64,000 nucleotides of DNA from an uncultured Bdellovibrionales bacterium (GTDB taxonomy: Bacteria > Bdellovibrionota_G > JALEGL01 > JAGRMV01): assembly GCA_964497185.1 (NCBI GenBank), contig CAZCBX010000010.1, positions 33,176 through 97,175 of the forward strand. Direction: 5' to 3'. This document shows positions 59,318-64,000 of this stretch, in pieces (position 1 is the first letter of the stretch; each line of letters starts with the position of its first letter). The notes under the pieces are model-generated. The model was not told the DNA's origin, made no database searches, and saw nothing but the letters and a program-made list of their open reading frames with translations. The position numbers were made by a program, and so were the translations under genes.

Positions 59318-61261
59318 ATGTTGGCCATTGAAAATCTGACCAAGCGGTTTGGTCCTCAATTGTTGTTCCAGGGAGCTTCTTTTTCGTTGGGACAGCAAGA
59401 GCGTATTGGCATTGTAGGCCCAAACGGGGCGGGAAAATCAACATTTTTTAAAATGTTAACGGGCGACGAAGACGCGGACGGTGGACAGATCCACATTCCC
59501 AATCAGTACACCATGATTTTGATGAAACAAGAATGGACGCCCAAAGAAAACGATTCCGTCCTCACTGCAGCGCTGCGCGAGTTTGACCCTTGGTTTCAAG
59601 CCCGACACCATCTATTGCAACTGACCCAAGATTTAACCGATGATCCCGAAACGCTCGCGGCTTATCAAGCTGCTGAGACGGCCTTTTTATCCTACGGCGG
59701 GTATCAAGTTGAATACGAAATGAAAGAAATTTTATTTGGCCTGGGCTTTGATGAAGAAAAAATGGCCATGAAGGCCACCGATCTTAGCGGCGGCTGGCGG
59801 ATGCGCTGTTATTTGGCGGGTCTTTTGGTGCAAAAAGCCGACTTGATGCTTTTGGATGAGCCCACCAACCATTTGGATATTTCGTCGGTGGTTTGGTTTG
59901 AAAAGTTTTTACAAACGTACCCATACTCTTACATGATGATCAGTCACGACCGTCGATTGATTCAAAAAACGGCCAAAAAAATATTGGAATTTGCCCCTCC
60001 CAAGCTAACACTCTGGCCCGGTGGTCTCCATAAATATGAGGCCAACAAAGAAGTGCGCATGGAACAAGTTCAAAAAGAGATCATTAGCAAACAAAGAGAG
60101 ATCGATAAATTAAAAGACTTTGCACGACGCTTTGGCGCCAAAGCCACCAAAGCCCGGCAGGCACAAAGCAAACTCAAAAGCGCTGAGTCCATTGAAAGTG
60201 ACATGGCTGAACTTGTGCAAGCCATGCCCATGGAAGCCAAAAGACAGAGTCAGTTTTCGCTTGCGCTGAATCGACGCCAGCCCAAAGTGTGCATCGAAAT
60301 CGAAGAAGCACAATTTGGTTACGAACCCAGCAACCCGCTGTTTTCCATTGACCGCTGTTGGATTGAATCGGGTCAAAAAATTGGGGTCATTGGAGAAAAT
60401 GGTGTGGGCAAGTCGACCTTTTTAAAAACCTGTGCCCAGGAACTCAAGGCACTCAGTGGTAAAATCCGACCCCACTCATCGTGTAAAATCTCTCTTTTTG
60501 CACAGCACCGAATGGAAGAACTGCCCCTGAGTCAAAAAGCCATTGATTACTTGGTGCGTGAAAGCACCAATGAGTCCATCACACAGATTCGGGCCATCGC
60601 GGCCAGCCTTGGTTTAAACGAACACGATTTGGACAAGCCTTTAGAAGTCATGTCGGGTGGAGAAAAAGCCAGGGTGAGTTTAAGCCGCATTCTGCTTCAA
60701 AAACCCGATATTCTCCTGCTCGATGAACCAACCAACCATCTTGACATGGAAGCTTGCGATGCCTTGGTGCAAGGTTTAAAAACGTACACTGGCACCGTGC
60801 TGGTGATTTCCCACAACCGGGATTTTTTGGATGCGCTGGTGGATCACATTTATTGGATTGGTGAGGGAAGGGTGGACGTGCACATTGGCAACTATTCTGA
60901 CTACGCAGAAAAAGCACTGGCAACCGCCAAGGCCCATCAGCCCACACCCCAGCTATCAACCAACACATCAAAAACGCGAAAATCAAAAGAAGAAAAGCGC
61001 CTGGCGGCACAGGCCCGCCAAGCCAAATCGGATCAGCTTAAAGACTTAAAAAAAGAATTGGCCCAGTTGGAAAAGAACATGGACGAATTTGAACAAAGCC
61101 TTCGAGAGATGGATGCCTATTTGGTGGATCCCGCCAATATGCAAAAACCAGAATTCAGTCAAACGCTCAAAGAGCGAGCACGCATGGAAGACAAAAAAGA
61201 CTTGGCTGAGAAAAAGTGGCTTGAAATACAAACCACGATGGAAGCCATCGGCACCGATTGA
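59318..61261 (+). CDS. ABC-F family ATPase (tandem ABC domains, Uup/YheS-like)
   Basis: Two NBDs (GPNGAGKST / GENGVGKST; LSGGWRMR / MSGGEKAR), an inter-domain linker, and a C-terminal coiled coil. Confidence 0.85.
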   Translation: MLAIENLTKRFGPQLLFQGASFSLGQQERIGIVGPNGAGKSTFFKMLTGDEDADGGQIHIPNQYTMILMKQEWTPKENDSVLTAALREFDPWFQARHHLLQLTQDLTDDPETLAAYQAAETAFLSYGGYQVEYEMKEILFGLGFDEEKMAMKATDLSGGWRMRCYLAGLLVQKADLMLLDEPTNHLDISSVVWFEKFLQTYPYSYMMISHDRRLIQKTAKKILEFAPPKLTLWPGGLHKYEANKEVRMEQVQKEIISKQREIDKLKDFARRFGAKATKARQAQSKLKSAESIESDMAELVQAMPMEAKRQSQFSLALNRRQPKVCIEIEEAQFGYEPSNPLFSIDRCWIESGQKIGVIGENGVGKSTFLKTCAQELKALSGKIRPHSSCKISLFAQHRMEELPLSQKAIDYLVRESTNESITQIRAIAASLGLNEHDLDKPLEVMSGGEKARVSLSRILLQKPDILLLDEPTNHLDMEACDALVQGLKTYTGTVLVISHNRDFLDALVDHIYWIGEGRVDVHIGNYSDYAEKALATAKAHQPTPQLSTNTSKTRKSKEEKRLAAQARQAKSDQLKDLKKELAQLEKNMDEFEQSLREMDAYLVDPANMQKPEFSQTLKERARMEDKKDLAEKKWLEIQTTMEAIGTD

Positions 61262-61295
61262 CGAAAAGCGTTATATTTGCTAGAGAAATGTCACA

Positions 61296-62423
61296 ATGCG
61301 ACATTTTCTTTTCTTATCGATATGTATGTTTGTGGTTGTGGCATCGTCGCAGCAAAGTCCCCCACCGAGGTTGGGTACGAATGTCCTGCCATTTAAAGAA
61401 AAACTACAAAACAAGCAGTTGCTCGAAAAGCTTCATGAGGGCGTGACTTGGGAGACTTTTTTTAATGGGTGGTTGCATGTCAATCAACAGCTCAAAGTTG
61501 AGCTTGATGCCAGTGCGGCGCATCCAGTCGTTGAAATTTCGCAGCGTGGTGAGCCACTGGCAAAGTATACGGATCGTTTTTACGTTTACGACGGCCATCA
61601 GGACTTCGTGAATGAAGTCAATCACAGCGACGCAGAGACAAGCCCGTTTCAAACCCATCTGTTTCAAGCCAATCCATATCAGCTCAAAGTGCGCGAGGTT
61701 TCTCCCGCATCCAACATGGTCACCATGCAAGACATTGAATGGGGCGACGGCCTCTTGGCTCTTAAGGGAGTTTTTTATGGCCGCCATATGAGAAGAGAGG
61801 CTGTCGATGCCCAACCGAAAAAAAATTCTCGTTGGAAAGATTCCGAATCATTGTCGATTCAAATTGTGCCCTTGTCCGCCTTGATGAAAAAAATGGATCA
61901 AGTGGAAGCAAGAGATAAAGCGCTACTGATTGATGTAGAGGGCCCTCAAGAGTTGCTTTCGCAAGAATTGTTATATCAAGCTGATCTGCCCAGCCAAAGA
62001 AAACGCGATGTCGTGCTGGGCGCCTTTGCGCAGTTTAAAAAATCCAAAAAATATGGGGGCGCCCGTATCAGCGGTCCCTTTTTAATGCCCGATCCATGGT
62101 CTCTTTGGCTGGATGGTCAATGTGAATTTTATGACTGTGCTCAAGTGGGGGCGCAATCGATCGCGTACATGGATGCAGATGATCCTGAAAATTTATTTGG
62201 CCTCGCTTCATGGGAAAAGCTCAAGGCTTCTTCGAAAGATGATGTATTTGTGGTGGGGGTGCATGCCGTAGGCCCCGATGATTTTAAAAATGACTTTTTG
62301 GTGGCCGTGTTTGCGGTGTACCGATCCACGATTGAGTCTCAACAGCGAATTTTTTACCGTCAAAAAAACACCAAGGGCGGCATTGATTTTATGATGGAAC
62401 TTCAGCTGGTCGCCAAAGAGTAG
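61296..62423 (+). CDS. secreted hypothetical protein
   Basis: Signal peptide MRHFLFLSICMFVVVASS; 375 aa; no family recognised. Confidence 0.45.
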   Translation: MRHFLFLSICMFVVVASSQQSPPPRLGTNVLPFKEKLQNKQLLEKLHEGVTWETFFNGWLHVNQQLKVELDASAAHPVVEISQRGEPLAKYTDRFYVYDGHQDFVNEVNHSDAETSPFQTHLFQANPYQLKVREVSPASNMVTMQDIEWGDGLLALKGVFYGRHMRREAVDAQPKKNSRWKDSESLSIQIVPLSALMKKMDQVEARDKALLIDVEGPQELLSQELLYQADLPSQRKRDVVLGAFAQFKKSKKYGGARISGPFLMPDPWSLWLDGQCEFYDCAQVGAQSIAYMDADDPENLFGLASWEKLKASSKDDVFVVGVHAVGPDDFKNDFLVAVFAVYRSTIESQQRIFYRQKNTKGGIDFMMELQLVAKE

Positions 62424-62429
62424 CTGGAA

Positions 62430-63329
62430 TCATTCATTTTTTTTCTTAGCGCGCGGATGCGCGTGTTCGTAAACTTGTGTCAATGTGGTATTGCTTACGT
62501 GCGTGTAGATTTGTGTGGTGGTTAAGTTGGCATGCCCCAACATTTCCTGCAACGATCGAAGGTCTGCGCCGCGTTCCAGTAGATGGGTTGCAAAGCTATG
62601 GCGCAGGGTGTGCGGACTGATATCGTGCAGGCCACACGCTTGGCATCTTTTTTGGATGCGATGCCAAATGGTTTGTCGCGTGAGCTGTCGACCATGGCGA
62701 CCAATAAAAACATAGGCGCAGGCTGGTTTGTCTTTCATCCAAAGTTTTCGCGTGTGCTGAAAGTAATCCGTTAACGCTTGTTTGGCCTGGTTTGAAAAAG
62801 GCATGATTCGAATCTTATTGCCTTTGCCGTGCAGACGAAACAGCATTTCTTCCATATCAATGTCGGTTAACTTTAAGCCCACCACTTCACTTACGCGTAA
62901 CCCGCTTGCGTACATGCATTCTAAAAAAGCCTGATCCCGGATTTCGATGGGGGTGTCGTTTATCGGGCGAAGCAATTGATCGATGGCTTGAATGGAAACC
63001 GCATGAGGCAAGTGTTTGGGTTTTTGAATGGTGGGAAAAACGGGTGCTGCAGTGGCAGGCAGATGACCCCGCGCAATGGCAAATTTGACAAACGTACGTA
63101 CACTGCTCATCACCCGAAGCATGGTTTTGGTTTGCAGTTTTTTTTCTTTGGATAAGTGTGCCACAAAGTCACTGTAAGCTGCTGGCTTGAGATCTGACGG
63201 CGAAGCACGTGCGCCCATAAATTGAATAAAAAGCCGTAAGTCTCTGTCGTAAGCGTCAATGGTGTGAGGGGAAAGTTGAACAATGGTGCGCTGGTTTGCA
63301 AGAAAGTCTTCCAACCATTGGATCCACAT
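62430..63329 (-). CDS. XerC/XerD-family tyrosine recombinase
   Basis: R...HxxR...Y catalytic context: RHSFATHLLERGADLRSLQEMLGHANLTTTQIYTHV. Confidence 0.85.
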   Translation of the reverse strand: MWIQWLEDFLANQRTIVQLSPHTIDAYDRDLRLFIQFMGARASPSDLKPAAYSDFVAHLSKEKKLQTKTMLRVMSSVRTFVKFAIARGHLPATAAPVFPTIQKPKHLPHAVSIQAIDQLLRPINDTPIEIRDQAFLECMYASGLRVSEVVGLKLTDIDMEEMLFRLHGKGNKIRIMPFSNQAKQALTDYFQHTRKLWMKDKPACAYVFIGRHGRQLTRQTIWHRIQKRCQACGLHDISPHTLRHSFATHLLERGADLRSLQEMLGHANLTTTQIYTHVSNTTLTQVYEHAHPRAKKKNE

Positions 63330-63338
63330 AAAGCTGGC

Positions 63339-64000
63339 CTAAGACACTAAGTTTAATCGTTTGACTTTGGTAATGGGCTCTTGCGAAGACATCACGCGGT
63401 TTCGGCCGGCCTCTTTGGCTGCATACAGTTGACGATCCGCCGCTTTGATCAGCGTGGCATAATCGGCATAGTTGCTGTTGATAAAAGTTGCAACGCCGAC
63501 ACTAACCGTAATGGCCAGCTCATCTTTTTCAGCATAGAAAGGCGTGGATTCAACTTTGGTGCGAATTTTTTCCGCGATGCGCGTGGCCGTGCTCATTTTG
63601 GACCCGCGCAAAAGCAAAATAAATTCTTCACCACCGTAGCGGGCAAATAAATCTTCTTGTCGTTTGGTGTGGCTGAGAATGGCTGCAAACTGCTTTAAAA
63701 TACCATCGCCAGCCAAGTGGCCGTAGGTGTCATTGATTTTTTTGAAAAAATCGATGTCAAACATCATGATGGAAAGCGGGGTGTCGTGACGTTTGGAGTA
63801 GCTAAATTCCATTTTTAGCCGGTCGATAAAGTATTTTTTATTGTAAACCTGGGTAAGGTAATCTTTGTTGGCAGCATTGTACAGCTGCTCGTTGAAGGTT
63901 TCTTCAATTTCATCCACATAATTGAATTTGAGCACGGTTAAATTGCCCACTTGAATGCGGTCGCCATCTTGTAATTTGTGTCTTTTAATCTTTTCGCCGT
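63339..64000 (-). CDS. FHA-domain / GGDEF diguanylate cyclase, partial (N-terminus beyond the window end)
   Basis: GGEEF active site and an RHDTPLSIMMFDIDFFKKIND motif. The frame stays open to position 64000, and ...DGDRIQVGNLTVLKF looks like the end of an FHA domain. Confidence 0.7.
   Translation of the reverse strand, partial: GEKIKRHKLQDGDRIQVGNLTVLKFNYVDEIEETFNEQLYNAANKDYLTQVYNKKYFIDRLKMEFSYSKRHDTPLSIMMFDIDFFKKINDTYGHLAGDGILKQFAAILSHTKRQEDLFARYGGEEFILLLRGSKMSTATRIAEKIRTKVESTPFYAEKDELAITVSVGVATFINSNYADYATLIKAADRQLYAAKEAGRNRVMSSQEPITKVKRLNLVS

Noticed and set aside
61270-61320. Hairpin aatgtcacaatgcgacatt followed by a T-rich tract, as a terminator of the ABC-F gene
   Set aside because: It contains the ATG and first codons of the downstream signal-peptide protein. 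It is more likely a translation-initiation-region structure, and the stem has a mismatch.
1-64000. CRISPR arrays, rRNA/tRNA genes, or intact transposase/integrase other than XerC/D
   Set aside because: No regularly spaced direct repeats, no tRNA-like cloverleaf regions in the intergenic spaces, and no DDE or serine-recombinase ORFs were seen. XerC/D at 62430..63329 looks like the housekeeping chromosome-dimer resolvase rather than a mobile-element integrase.

Overview
This 64 kb window reads as a gene-dense chromosomal segment of a Gram-negative bacterium. TolC-, OmpA-, DUF481- and AmpG-type genes support that, and GC is roughly in the high 40s percent. I count about 70 protein-coding genes, mostly housekeeping and envelope functions. 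They include CorA, MscS, SelO, an NhaD-like antiporter, a CspA-family cold-shock protein, Mug, isocitrate dehydrogenase, pirin, dihydroorotase, PurE/PurK, PepP, GloB, malic enzyme, AmpG, an ABC-F ATPase, XerC/D, PfkB kinase, a penicillin-acylase-family Ntn hydrolase, a ZIP transporter, and a NarL-type two-component pair. Many predicted secreted or membrane proteins of unknown function are interspersed.

I found no rRNA, tRNA, CRISPR array, or intact transposase/IS. Several clean Rho-independent terminators are visible by eye.

The most unusual items are these:
- An NhaR-like LysR regulator sits directly upstream of a three-gene type-I-secretion-like operon (ABC exporter, HlyD adaptor, TolC-like outer-membrane factor). 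The ABC component has an intact exporter transmembrane domain, but its ATPase domain has lost the Walker A, signature and Walker B motifs.
- A ~675 bp region (27245..27919) has no coding frame and is packed with nested inverted repeats and GC hairpins. It could be a MITE-like remnant or an unrecognised structured RNA.
- A 25-bp perfect inverted repeat lies between two convergent genes.
- A secreted hypothetical protein has its convincing signal peptide only upstream of the ATG, in frame, reachable only from an AUA/AUU codon behind a GGAG Shine-Dalgarno.
- A soluble NarL-type histidine kinase has a degenerate ATPase domain.

All calls rest on reading the sequence and the ORF translations against remembered family motifs. 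No database search was run.
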